Assembly (NCBI GenBank): GCA_043228905.1
Contig: JBHGNT010000022.1
Coordinates: 8,556,001 to 8,620,000 of the forward strand
DNA length: 64,000 bases
Origin: Azolla caroliniana
Lineage: Eukaryota; Plantae; Polypodiophyta
Reading direction: 5' to 3'
Positions 39,331 to 52,105 of the stretch are shown one piece after another (position 1 is the stretch's first letter; the number at the start of each line of letters is the position of its first letter). The translations under genes were made by a program, and so were the position numbers. Under the pieces are notes generated by a model. The model saw only the letters and a program-made list of their open reading frames with translations. It did not search any database and was not told the DNA's origin.

Positions 39331-39973
39331 GGAGGAAGATCCAACCGTCCAGGAAGCCGACACTCGAGGAGCCGAGTTGATGAATGACTCGGGAGACTAT
39401 ACTTGTAAATAGTCTAAGTGTGCGCTCCACGAGGGCTACGTATGTAAATAACCAGGAAGTTGCAATACAAGTGTAGATAACTCTGTTGGGATATGTCCCT
39501 CCAGTGGGAGGAAGATCCGCCGACACTCGAGGAGCCAAGTTGATGAATGACTCGGGAGACTATACTTGTAAATAGTCTAAGTGTGCGCTCCACGAGGGCT
39601 ACGTATGTAAATAACCAGGAAGTTGCGTAAGTATATATGCAACTAGGGAAAACTTTTAGTATAGCAGAGTGTTAGTGTTACGAACAGAAAAAAAAATTTG
39701 TAATTCGTATTTCAACATTGTCTGTTCATTGTGAATTAAGTTTCCGCAACGATTTCTCAACAAAGTCATCATATTGTTGAGCCTTTTCTATGCTTACATG
39801 TTGCAAATCTCCAAGCAATCGTTGATTCTCTTGTTCTAACGCCACAAACTTATTTGCGAGATGCTCTAGTTCAGAGAGGACTCGAACATACTCTTACTTG
39901 CTAACTGACTCCATGGAGAGGATAACATTTGGCAAGATTCTCAAGGAGAAGGAAGGAAGGAGAAGAGAGTGAA

Positions 39974-40024
<51 letters not shown>

Positions 40025-40050
40025 AAGGAAGAAAGAGAGAAGGTAGGAAA

Positions 40051-40062
40051 ATTCTGGTTCAA
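40051..40062 (-). promoter_or_regulatory. Non-tRNA primer binding site of element B (TTGAACCAGAAT), complementary to LTR 40201-40212
   Basis: 2 nt inside the 5' LTR end; no TGG start; exact 12-nt inverted match in R. Confidence 0.8.
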
Positions 40063-40064
40063 AC

Positions 40065-40518
40065 TATCAGTGCCAAAGTTAGGAACGAGTTTTAAAATGA
40101 AAAAGAGAATGAGAAGCGAAAGATATGAGAGAGATAAGAAAATTTTGATAATGTATTAACAACGAGAGAAATGTTTACAAGAATATGCCGAAGACTAGCG
40201 TTGAACCAGAATGGTTCATCAATAGTCAAATACATGTTTATATAGCATGGTTTGGATACATGCATGCTCACCACCTCATAGGCACGCATGATCGCCACTT
40301 GGCATTCTTGCAAGCATGCCCCTTCGCAATCATGCATTAGCCTATGCAAGGTGGCGACTTTTCAATAATATTATTATATGTATTTCCTATTGATATAATA
40401 GAATTTATTATTTAATACATACAATATGATGTATCCTAATGGATGAGGTTGTATGCTTTCTTTGAGGTCATGGGTTTGAATCACCATAAAGGTTATTGGG
40501 TTTTGTATACACATGACA
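40065..40518 (-). repeat. 5' LTR of element B
   Basis: Direct repeat of 27667-28122; TATATAAA on minus strand at 40244-40237. Confidence 0.93.
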
Positions 40519-42499
40519 CGTAGAGGGTATATGCCTCGGTTACGTATCTCGATTACATCATTTTTTGCTATTTTATATTACGATTTCTTTTATATATGCA
40601 TATGTGGTCACGTGTATACGTTGTCGTGCATTTCGGTGCCAAATCGTAGCATGAGTCGGGTGGGAACCGCTGAGATTTTGGACTAGGAGGAGGAAGAATT
40701 TGAGACGAGTATAGTTATGAATAGAATTTAAGAAAGAGAGATAGAAACCTCGTGAATCCCACGAGTACAATTTATTTTATTAGATTAATCAATATAAAGA
40801 TAAGAATATGAATTTAGATTGAAAGATAAGGATATAGAAACCTCGTGAATCCCACGAGTATAGTTTATTTCGTGAATCCCACGAATATAATTTATTAATT
40901 AGTGTTTTTTAGAAATATATCCAATTTCCAAAAGATTTCACACCCTTATTACATTGTGCTCCCCATCGTTATATAGTGATGAGAGAGTCTTGGCAATCCA
41001 TGCTTTTTCTCTAATTATGCCCTCCATGCTTTTTCTATCAATAGACTATATGCTTTCTCTAACATGCTTTTCCTAAAGTCATGCGTTTTTTATCGACTAT
41101 AGTGTTCATGCACGCTAGATGTGCATGTGTAGCTTTTTCTTTTATCATGCTTTTTCCTAAAATTTATCCTAGCGTGAACTTACCTTTGTATGTGGGACAT
41201 CTACTTTTTGTTACTAATGATATGTTAGTGTAATGGTAAGCCTTCAAATTGTTAACATAGAGGTACAAGGTTTGAATCTTGCCCTATGAATGTAATATAT
41301 ATGTTGATATTTTTTTCTTTTTCTTCATATTTATTCAATTGGTTATTTTATACATTTTTCACGTAGTGTTCGAAATACACTACGACAATGTATTTGATCA
41401 TATATATGTGATAATATACATGTGTATATAAGTTATTACGTGATTTCAATATCGAATGTTTTCCTTTTCGGGGAAAGGATCTTGGTGGCCGTCCTCACAT
41501 TTTTGTGAGAATGGCGTTGTCACCATCCCCTTTTCACGAAATTTTTATTGTTGACATCCCCGTTGGTGATTTCGATTTCGTTACGTAAGGAAACAATCTT
41601 AACCACAATGGTGTTGAGTTCGTAGGGCTTGACCCACTTGATGTGAGGTCGCTCTTATGACACACATATCCAACATCCCTCCCTCATTACATGGATACGA
41701 TGCCACCATGAGATCATTCTTATGAAAGGCATTCGTAATGACGTAACCATGTGATGGGCCACGTGGGCTTACTACAAAAAGTGGGCTCATTTGGCTTGAC
41801 CATTAGGTTGCACTTTGGCGTATGCCATCGAAATTACGAGACTTGAGGTTAAGTAACATACCAACAAAGTTTGTGGTAAATGAGGGGGAAATAAGGACTC
41901 TTGACATATATGTTTCTTTTAAAAAAACATATATGGGCAAATGCCTCACATGTGTCTTATACGCATTAAATATTAAACATTCAACAAGAGTAATCTACTT
42001 GGTTGGCTCAACTATTTAATGCATTTGTTCTCGAGGTCTTGAGTTCAAATATAAGCAAGACCATACAACATCATTGATACATATGACTATAACACATGTT
42101 TAGACTTGAGGTCTAAGTGCACTTTTGGGGCCTCGTAATAGGACTTAAAGAGCCGAAACCACATATAGGGCATCGAAACATAGTTTATTGTTAACATTTT
42201 TTTCGTGTATAAACTATTCATGACGCAAACATATGTATGGTTGAGCCTTGGGGGGGCGCCATGAAAAAATCGATATAGAGATTAGGGAAAGACATTAATT
42301 TGTCACCCCCATAGTTTTTAAAACACCTTTGTGTTACCATAGTAACATGATCTTCAACCTCATCTCATACGTCTAGAGGGGTATTGACGTGACATCATGA
42401 TATCGATTAATATTTGCCCATGATATGTTCACATCACGACATGATGTTACGACTATTTGTCTGACCTTATCCTATTTCTTTGCCAGAAATAATCATTCC

Positions 42500-43860
42500 A
42501 TGGCTCAAAATAACGACCCGATGTCATCAGCTCCTAGACAAATGTGTATTTTTCACAAATAAGCCAATACCTTACTTTCACTGCTAAACAGATGACCAAA
42601 CTTCGGCAATCTCAAAGTGCTCTTGAGACACGTGTCATTAGTTTAAAACGTGAGACTAATAGACCTAATGAGCGACAGGGTGAACCATCATTTGTCACTA
42701 AGCCATTTACGAGAGAAGTAAAAGAAAGAACCGAAGAAGCAATCTGCACATGGTTGAGCCAATGGGAGTTTCATTTTGAGCTCTATCCCACGCCAGATAG
42801 TACGAAGATTGAATATGTCGCCTAAGAACTAGGGGGTAAGGCCGCCACCTGGTGGCGTGGGCTCCGAACTTTGGGGAAATTGCCCGATACCTGAACAGAT
42901 TTTGTCACAGTTTTTAAGGGCCAAATTCTGCAACCTCCCTCTTGAACTGAGGCATCACAAGCTTTAATGAACCTCTCTAGCAGGAAGTTTTCCTCACTAG
43001 AAGACTATGTTCACCATGCTAGAACTCAAATCCAAAAATCGGGTCTAGAAGGGGGCAATTTGTTAATAACTTGTTTTGTCAATGGCATCCCCAATTCGGA
43101 CTATCACTGGATAGTGCACGATATGGATACAAAATCCTTCGAAGAGGCCGTTAAAATAGTTCTTCGCTATCAATGCACTTCGAAGAAGGATCACAACAAA
43201 CCCAACGAAGCACCCGGGACTAAGCAATCGCAATTCGCTGGGAAACACAAGACACCCAACGAATTCATGGATCGCGATTGTAAGCGACAACATCCTTTTT
43301 TCGTATTCTGCAAAAAGAAGGGTCATACAAAAGAGCAATGTTGAAAGCTCCAACGAAAAGAGCACGACAACAAAGCTAAAGCTGTAGACCATAAAGGTCA
43401 GATTCCTAATGTCCTTCAGGTCTATACACGTCATTTAAGTAATTGTCAATGTTCTTTCCCTCACTATGTATTGGGTCCCAATGATTTACTACATGCAAAT
43501 GGGTATATCAATGGATCTCTAGTACAGTTTTTGTTTGATTTTGGAAGCTCACACAACTTTATGAATGATCGTTTGGTTCAGATATGGGGAATCCAAACCA
43601 CCATAAGTGATCACACCTATACGGTGCACTTGGCTGATGGAAGAGTACAATACATCAACGAGGAGATTCATTCATTAGGAATTTCTATTGATACTTATAT
43701 AGAGGAAGTAGACTTCCATGTAATGAATCTTTGTACCACTGATGTAATACTAGGTTATCCCTGGTTCTATAATAAAAACTCTTCATTATCTTTTGATTGG
43801 GTTCATCATTCAATAACTTTTTTACTACGATTGTACTCATTTTATTCAATGTGTAAAAAA
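42500..43860 (+). pseudogene. Element A gag and protease
   Basis: WLSQWEFHFEL, GKAATWWR, CKKKGHTKEQC knuckle remnant, FLFDFGSSHNFM and DVILGYPWF aspartic protease motifs. Confidence 0.85.
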
Positions 43861-44781
43861 ACAGTCCATTTCTGTGATTCAAGACTCGGTTGTGGCCGAG
43901 CAACATTCCGTATTTCTCGTCAAATTGGTATCAGAGTGAACAACACAGGAAATGGAAGAATCGTTCGGCGGCATGTTCAAGCTCACCGTCTCCAACTATT
44001 CAGTGTGGAAATCGAAGTGAGGGATATGCTAGTGGTAAAAAATCTTTGGTTGCACATGAAGACGACGGCATACATTCGGTGCTTCATCGACATGAGCATG
44101 TACAACAACTTCAACAAAGAGAGCAAGGCCCATGAACTATGGGAGAAGATCGACATTATGTTTCAAAACAAAAATGTTGTTAATCAGGTTTTGGTATTCC
44201 GGAAGCTAGTGAGGCTCCAGTACCAAGATGGCTCCAGTATGGCGGAGCACATGAATGCTTTCTAGGGGCTGATACACCAGGCTACCTCATTGGAAGTACC
44301 TCTCGCCGATTGACAGGAACTGCACGCTCCCTACACGCAACGCTCGGCCACAACCGAGCTTAGAATCATACACAGAAAACAGGAGATAAATGCACAACAC
44401 AGTGAAGAGAAGAGTACACAGGATGTTTACGTGGAAAACCCAAACTAGGGAAAAACCACGGTAGCCCACAGGCTGCAAACTATCACTATGTTAGAATGTA
44501 TAACAGTGAATTCACGGAGGCAACGACCTCGTGCTCACGATCTTCGCCACAGGCAGCGGTTTCAACAAAGGCAACGACCTCTTTCTCTCTCTCTCTCTCT
44601 CTCTGTACACAGTTACACGCTCTCTCTCTTCTCGCACCAACAAGAATAACTACTAACCCTCTAAAAGTTTGCCCTAAGTCATATTTATACTAATATGACT
44701 TTTCGGCTATTTACAAATATATCCATGATGGACTCTCAGAAACATATTTACGAATATGTCTCTTCATCCGGTGAGCACTCC

Positions 44782-45051
44782 TCACCGGGTCTGCACCATC
44801 CGGCTCTTCGTAGCCGGGTACTCCTCATCCGGTTCTCACCGGGTCTGCATCATCCGGCTCTCCGTAGCCGGGTCCTCCTCATCCGGTTCTCACCGGGTCT
44901 GCACTATCCGGCTCTCCGTAACCGGGTACTCCTCATCTGGTTCTCACCGGGTCTGCACCATCCGGCTCTCCGTAGCCGGGTACTCCTCATCCGGTTCTCA
45001 CCGGGTCTGCACCATCCGGCTCTCCGTAACCGGGTACTCATCATCCGGTTT
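44782..45051. repeat. 5 x 54-bp tandem repeat in U3 of element G 3' LTR (also ~49758-50027)
   Basis: Unit TCACCGGGTCTGCACCATCCGGCTCTCCGTAGCCGGGTACTCCTCATCCGGTTC. Confidence 0.92.
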
Positions 45052-45209
45052 CAGCCTTGGCCGAGTTTGTTCATCAGCACTGTTCCGGGTACTCTTCATC
45101 CTGTTCTCACCGGGTCTTCCGTAGCCGGGTACTCTACATCTGGTTTCTCATGAGCACTGTTCTTCTCACTTCCCATCCGGAGGGACCTGTCTCCCAACAA
45201 ACTCCCCCT

Positions 45210-48200
45210 TCACTCCGGCATGGGGTGTCTTACTAGTCCGATCCTCTTCCGGCATGAATCCAGCTTGTCGGGTATCAGCACTTCGGTCAGAATATCTGAC
45301 CCGTTCTCGGCCGTATGGATCTTCGTCAGTGCGAACTCCTGGTCATCTACTCTTTCCCGGATCTAGTGATATCTTCGTTGGATATGCTTCGTCCGGGAAT
45401 AGTAGGCCGCCTTCTTAGCAAGATGGATGGCACTTTGACTATCATAATAGAGTCGATATTCATCTTGCCGGATACCGAGCTCTCCGATGAAGTCCTTCAT
45501 CCATAATATTTCCTTGCCGGCTTCCACAGCCGCCATGTACTCCGTCTCCGTGGTTGACAATGCAACCGTCTTCTGCAGCCTCGACTGCCACGAGACAACT
45601 CCCCCTTCATATGTCATTACATACCCGGATGTAGACCGGCTAGTATCCACATCAGCCGACATGTCCGAATCGGTGAAACCGTCTAGTTGAGGTTTTCCGG
45701 AGCCGAATCAGAGACACATATTTGAAGTGCCCTTCAAATACCGGAGTATCCATTTGACCGCGTTCCAGTGCTCCTTGTCGGGATTGCTCATAAACCGGCT
45801 TACCACTCCGACTGCGTATCCTATATCCGGTCGGGTACACACCATTGCGTACATTAAGCTCCCGATGGCAGAAGCATATGGAATCTTCATCATATCCGAC
45901 TTCTCTGCTTTCTTCTTCGGGCTTTGCTTACCGGATAGCGTGCAGTTTGTCGAAAGTGTCGATCCGACCGGTTTCGCATATGACATGTTGAACTGGTGAA
46001 GCACCTTTGTCACGTACTTCTCCTGTGACAGCCATAATTGCTTCACTGACCGGTTCCGGATAATATGCATCCCAACCATCTGTCTTGCTGGACCCAAGTC
46101 TTTCATTGAGAAGGTCCGGTTGAGGGCCTTCTTCAGCATCCCTATTTTGACTTGGTCCCGTCCGACGATCAACATGTCCTTCACGTACAGAAGGACTATT
46201 AGGAAGTCGCCTCCTTCAAACTCCTTCACAAACACGCAGTGATCGGCCTGCGTCTTGTGGTACCCTTGATCGGCCATGAAGGAGTCGAACTTCCGGTAAC
46301 ATTGACGGGGAGCCTGCTTCAGTCCGTACATGCTCTTCTTCAGCCGGCATACCAGATGCTCCTTCCCTTTCTCCACAAATCCCTCCGGTTGCTGCATGTA
46401 GATCTCCTCTTCGAGGTCGCCGTGAAGGAATGTTGTCTTCACGTCCAGCTGTTCTACCTCGAGGTCCATGCTTGCCGTTATACTCAGCACCGTCCGGATG
46501 GAGGTCATCTTTACTACCGGGGCAAATATCTCGTCGAAGTTCACGCCCTTCTTCTGCTGGAACCCCTTTACCACAATCCTGGCTTTGTATCTCAGGGGGT
46601 TGCCGGCATCTCCCGGTTTCAACTTGTACACCCACTTGTTTCGGAGTGCCCGCCTTCCTTTTGGCAACTCCACCAATTCATACGTATGGTTCTCATGCAG
46701 GGAATCCATCTCATCCTGCATGGCACTTAACCATTTGCAGTTGTGGGTGTCATCCTTCGCTTCTTCGAAGCTTTCTGGCTCCCCCTCATCGGTCAGTAGA
46801 ACATGCTCTGCATCCGGAAATCTCCGGGGCGCCCTTCTCTCTCTGAGAGGATATCTCCGTCTTTGGGCTTCGGTAACCGGCTCCTCCATTTTCTTTTCAT
46901 CCGAATCCGATTCGGGGTCTTGGCCGGTTCCAGTTCTAGCTTCCTCTACTTCTTCTTCAGCCTGTTCGGTATCCTCACCATAACCGGATGGTCCCTCGAG
47001 TACTAACCGGTCTCTTGCCGGTTGGGTCTGCTCATTGTAGATTTGATCCTTACCGGTCGACTCGGAGTTCATTATCTTCTTCTCCGACTCCTAGTCGGCG
47101 AGCATCTTGTCCTCCATGAAGATAATATCTCGACTCCGGAATACCTTCTTGTCGACCGGGTCCCACACTCGGTAGCCGAACTCATCGTTGCCGTAACCGA
47201 GGAATATGCATGGCCGGGTCTTTGGATCTAACTTTCCTCTCCGGTCCATAGCTACATGCACGTACGCGAGACACTCGAGCACCTTCAAATGTCGGTAGGA
47301 CACTTCCTTACCGGTCCAGACTCTCTGTGGCGTGTCTCCGTCCAAGGGTACTGAGGGTGATCTGTTTATCACGTATGTCGCCGTTGACAATGCCTCAGCC
47401 CAAAACTTCTTGGGTACTTTTGCATGCGCTAGCATACTCCAGACCCTCTCCATTATGGTCCGGTTCATCCTCTCAGCCAGTCCGTTTAGTTCCGGCATCT
47501 TCAGCACGGTAAATTCGAGTCGGATTCCCTTCGAGCGGCAGTACTCCTCGAATTGCCCCCAGTATTCTCCTCCGTTATCTGCTCGAACCGCCTTCAGCTT
47601 CTGGTCGGTTTCTCTTGCCACTCTCGCGTGGAGCTCTTTGAAGACAGATAGCACCTGATCCTTCGTCTTCAATGGTGTGGCCCACAGCTTCCGGTTGTGG
47701 TCATCTATGAACGTCATGAAGTACTGCGCTCCTGCATGTGACTTCGTGTCTACTTGACACACATCCGTATGCACCAACTCCAATGGTGCATTACGTCTCA
47801 TCGGTGGCCTTGGTCGGAAGGAGGTCCGATTTTGCTTACCGGCCAGACAATCAGTGCACTTCTCCAAGTGCACGTTCTTCACTGGAATGAGGTTGTCGTC
47901 TACAAGCCTCTTCATCCCCTTCTCGCTCATATGACACAGCCTCTTGTGCCACAGCTCACCGGCAGTGTCGGATGCCATGTTCACTTCTTCCGGACATAAC
48001 CGGGCATTCATCAGGTACAATGTGTCTACCTTCCGGGCCTGAGCCACAATCAGGCTCCCTTTGCTGAACATCATGACACCGTTCCGGATGCTACCCGTGT
48101 AGCCTTCATCATCTAACTGACCGGCTGATATCAGGTTCAGACAAACCTCCGCAACGTGTCGGACATCCTTCAGCAGCAACTTGCATCCGGTTGGTGTTGT

Positions 48201-49256
48201 CAGCCACACGTCTCCTATGCCGAAAATTCGGCATGTACCTTCATTCCCCATCCGGACACAGCTGTGATCATCGGCTGAGTAGAATGAGTAGCATTTCCGG
48301 TCCGGGGTAAGGTGGAACGACGCTCCGGAATCTACCACCCAGGTCGTCTCGTTGCCGTCAAGGTTTATCTCACTCTCCTCGGTGATGAGCATCAACTCTT
48401 CTTCACTTGCCGCGATTGCCGTCGTTCCCTTCCGGTCCGGCCCCCTCCAGTCTTTACCGTTCCGGTCCGGGGTCCGCTTCGAATCGGCACTGTCGGTTTC
48501 CTTGTCTTTTCGGAAATGCCAACATTTCATTTGGAAGTGTCCCATCTTGCTGCAATAGAAGCAAGTAGGCCTCCCCCTTGACTTTGACCGTGTCCCCGAC
48601 TTCTCCCGGTTCTGGGGACTACGGTTTCTATGTCTTCCGCGTTCCGATCCGGTAAGGAGCGCTTTGGAGTCGAAGCTCGTATCTTTATCTTTCCGACGCG
48701 CCTCCTCATCTAGCAAGCTCGACTTTACTCTTGCTAGGGATAACCGCTTTCCTTCCGGCCCGGCGTTGCCCAAAGTGAGTACCAACATCTCCCAGCTATC
48801 CGGGAGGGAACCGAGCAAGAGTAGCGCTAGTACCTCATCGGCAAGAGGTACTTCCAATGAAGTTGCCTGGTGAATCAGCCCCTGGAAGGCATTCATGTGC
48901 TCCGCCATGCTGGAGCCATCTTGGTACCAGAGTCTTACTAGCTTCCAGAATACCGAAACTTGATTAACAATATTTTTGTTTTGAAACATTATGCCGATCT
49001 TCTCCCAGAGCTCATGAGCCTTGCTCTCTTCAGTGAAGTTGTTGTACAGGATCATGTCGATGAAGCACCATATGTACACCGTTGTCTTCATGTGCATCAC
49101 CTCCCATATCGCGGCGTCGATTTTGTCCGGTCTCTTGTCCCCGAACTAAACCGGCAGCCAATGGTCTTTAACCACGAGCATGTCCCTCATCTTCGACTTC
49201 CACACCGAATAGTTGGAGCTGGTGATATTGAACATGCCTCCCAACGAATCGTCCAT
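45210..49256 (-). pseudogene. Near-intact gag-pol of element G interrupted by point nonsense mutations
   Basis: Same-frame ORFs 47091-49100 (gag-PR-IN), 45708-47072 (RT), 45363-45662 (RNase H). Confidence 0.93.
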
Positions 49257-50102
49257 TTTCTATGTCGTTTCGCTCTGATACCACTTGACAGGAACTGCAC
49301 TCTCCCTATACGCAACGCTCGGCCACAATCGAGCTTAGAATCATACACAAAAAACGGGAGATAAATGCACGACACAAAGAAGAGAAGAGTACACAGGATG
49401 TTTATGTGGAAAACCCCCAACTAGGGAAAAACCACGACAGCCCACAGGCTGCAAACTATCACTATGTTAGAATGTACAACAGTGAGTTCACGGAGGCAAC
49501 GACCTCGTGCTCACGATCTTCGCCACAGGCAGCGGTTTCAACAGAGGCAATGACCTCTTTCTCTCTCTCTCTCTCTCTTTGTACACGGTTACACGCTCTC
49601 TCTCTTCTAGCACCAACAAGAATAACTACTAACCCTCTAAAAGTTTTCCCTAAGTCATATTTATACTAATATGACTTTTCGGCTATTTACAAATATATCC
49701 ATGATGGACTCTCAGAAACATATTTACGAATATGTCTCTTCATCCGGTGAGCACTCCTCACCGGGTCTGCACCATCCGGCTCTCAGTAGCTGGGTACTCC
49801 TCATCCGGTTCTCACCGGGTCTGCACCATCTGGCTCTCCATAGCTGGGTACTCCTCATCCGGTTCTCACCAGGTCTGCACCATCCGGCTCTCCATAACCG
49901 AATACTCCTCATCCGGTTCTCACCGGGTCTACACCATCCAGCTCTCCGTAGCCGGGTACTCCTCATCCGGTTCTCATCGGGTCTGCACCATCCGGCTCTC
50001 CGTAACCGGGTACTCGTCATCCAGTTTCGGCCTTGGCCGAGTTTGTTCATCAGCACTGTTCTTCTCCCTTCCCATCCGGAGGGACCTGTCCCCAACAGCG
50101 AT

Positions 50103-51485
50103 GAGGTACTTTCTCTACTCCTGCTCGATTCCCTCCCAGATAACTGGGAGACGTTAGTTGTCACGTTGGGCAACGCCGGGCTAGAAGGAAAACAATTGTC
50201 CCTAGCAAGGGTCAAGTCGAGCTTGCGAGATGAGGAGGCGCGTTAGAAAGACAAGGAGGTGATCTCCAACGCCAAAGCCCTCCTTAATGAATTGAAACGC
50301 GGAAGACAAAGGAATCAGACTCCCCAGAACCAGGAAAAGTTGGGGACACGGTCAAAGTCAAGGGGGAGGCCCACTTGCTTCTATTGCGGCAAGCCGGAGC
50401 ACCTCCAGAAGAACAATCGGCATTTCTGGAAAGACAAGGGAACCGACAGTACTGATTCGAAGAAGTCACCAGACCGAAACAGTTCAGATCGGCGAGGACC
50501 GGATCGGAAGGGGATGACGGCGTTTGCGGCAAGTGAAGAAAAATTAATGCTCATCACCGAGGAGAGTGAGTGAACCTTGTCGTCGATGAGACGACGTGGG
50601 TTGTCGATTCCGGAGCGTCATTCCACCTTACCCCGAATTGGAAATGCTTCTCATCCTACACAGCCAATGAGCATGGCTGTGTCCGGATGGGGAATGAAGG
50701 GACATGCCGAATTATCGGCATAGGAGATGTGTTGTTGACGACATCAACCAGATGCAAGTTGCTGATGAAGGATGTCCGACACGTTCCAGAGGTTCGACTG
50801 AACCTGATATGAGCAGGTCGGCTAGATGATGAAGGCTACACAGGTAGCATCCGGAATAGTGTCATGAAGTTCTGCAAAGGGAGCTTAATAGTGGCTTGAG
50901 CCCGGAAGGTCAACACACTGTACTTGATGAATGCTCGGATATGCCGGGAAGAAGTGAAAGTAGCATCCGACACTGTCGGTGAGCTGTGTCACATGAGGGA
51001 AACGGGGATGAGGAGGCTTGCCGAAGACAACCTCATTTCGGTGAAGGACGTGCAACATGAGAAGTGCACCGACTGCCTGGCCGGCAAGCAAAACCGCACC
51101 TCCTTCTGGTCAAGACCACCGATGAGACGGAATTCTGATGTGTGTCAAGTCGACACGAATTCACATGCTGGATCGTAGTACTTTGTAACATTCATAGACA
51201 ACCACAGCCGGAAGCTGTGGCTCTCACCGTTGAAGATGAAGGACCAAGTGTTATCCGTCTTCAAGGACCTTCACGCAAGAGTGGAAAGAGAAACCGGCCA
51301 GAAACTGAAGGCGGTTCGAGCAAATAATGGAGAAGAATACCGGGGGCAATTTGAGGAGTACTACCGGTCGAAGGGAATCCAGCTCGAGTTTACTATGCCG
51401 AATACGTCGGAACTAAACGGACTAGCTGAAAGGATGAACCGGACCATAATGGAGAGAGTCTGGAGCATGCTATCACATGCCAAGT
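50103..51485 (+). pseudogene. Element F gag end, protease, integrase N-half
   Basis: EVLSLLLLDSLPDNWE, CFYCGKPEH, WVVDSGASFH, NGLAERMNRTI fragments. Confidence 0.9.
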
Positions 51486-52105
51486 TGTAAGGAATAGGCC
51501 CTTCTATCCACCTTCTTATCTCGGCCACAACCGATTAATCGCGGATCAATGGAGCAGAAAATAGGAAACACACGTAGAAACAAAACGAAGAAACGCGAGT
51601 ACACAAGGATTAACGTGGAAAACCCTAAACGGGGAAAAACCACGGGAGTACAAGACTCCAAACAACACTATACAGAGAAGTATACAATGACGAGCTCCAA
51701 GGCGACGACCTTGAGCTCGCTGTCCTCGCCACAGGCGGCGGAAATACACAGAGGCGTCTACCTCTTTCTCTCTCGCGCTCTCTCTCTTTCTCTCTCTCAC
51801 GGCTGCTCTCTCTTCACTCCTCTAAAGTGGAAAAACAGAAAAATGAGAAGCAACAGAAAAACTGTTTGCCCTAAGTCATATTTATACTTATATGACTTTG
51901 GGCTATTTACAACTATAGCCTCAGGGGGCTCGTAGCGAACATATTCACGGATATGTCCCTGCATCCGGATCGCTCTCCGGGTACATTCGTCATCCGGCAC
52001 CGAAGCCGGGGTCTTCGTCATCCGGATCCGAAACCGAAACCGGGCTTGTCGGCATTCATCTCCGATATCCGACCATCCCATCCGAAAGGGACCGAAATCC
52101 CAACA
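51486..52105 (-). repeat. 3' LTR of element H
   Basis: TGTAAGGAATAGG...CCCAACA. Confidence 0.97.

Larger units (their letters stand above)
27667..40518 (-). mobile_element. Full-length gypsy chromovirus B (degenerate), hosting a LINE and copia E
   Basis: TSD CGTAG (27662-27666, 40519-40523); LTRs 27667-28193 and 40065-40518; PPT ~28194-28205; gag, PR, RT, RH, IN, chromodomain remnants. Confidence 0.95.
44311..50097 (-). mobile_element. Full-length Tnt1/Tork-like copia element G
   Basis: TSD CCGAT/GCGAT; LTRs 44311-45199 and 49286-50097; PBS 49272-49283; PPT ~45200-45214. Confidence 0.96.

Noticed and set aside
43471-44265. 264-aa protease-gag fusion gene
   Set aside because: Chance read-through across the deletion junction between gypsy A protease and copia F LTR stub/gag.
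44695-45153. Repeat protein (SPGLHHPALRSRVLLIRF)n
   Set aside because: Translation of a 54-bp LTR tandem repeat, open in several frames.
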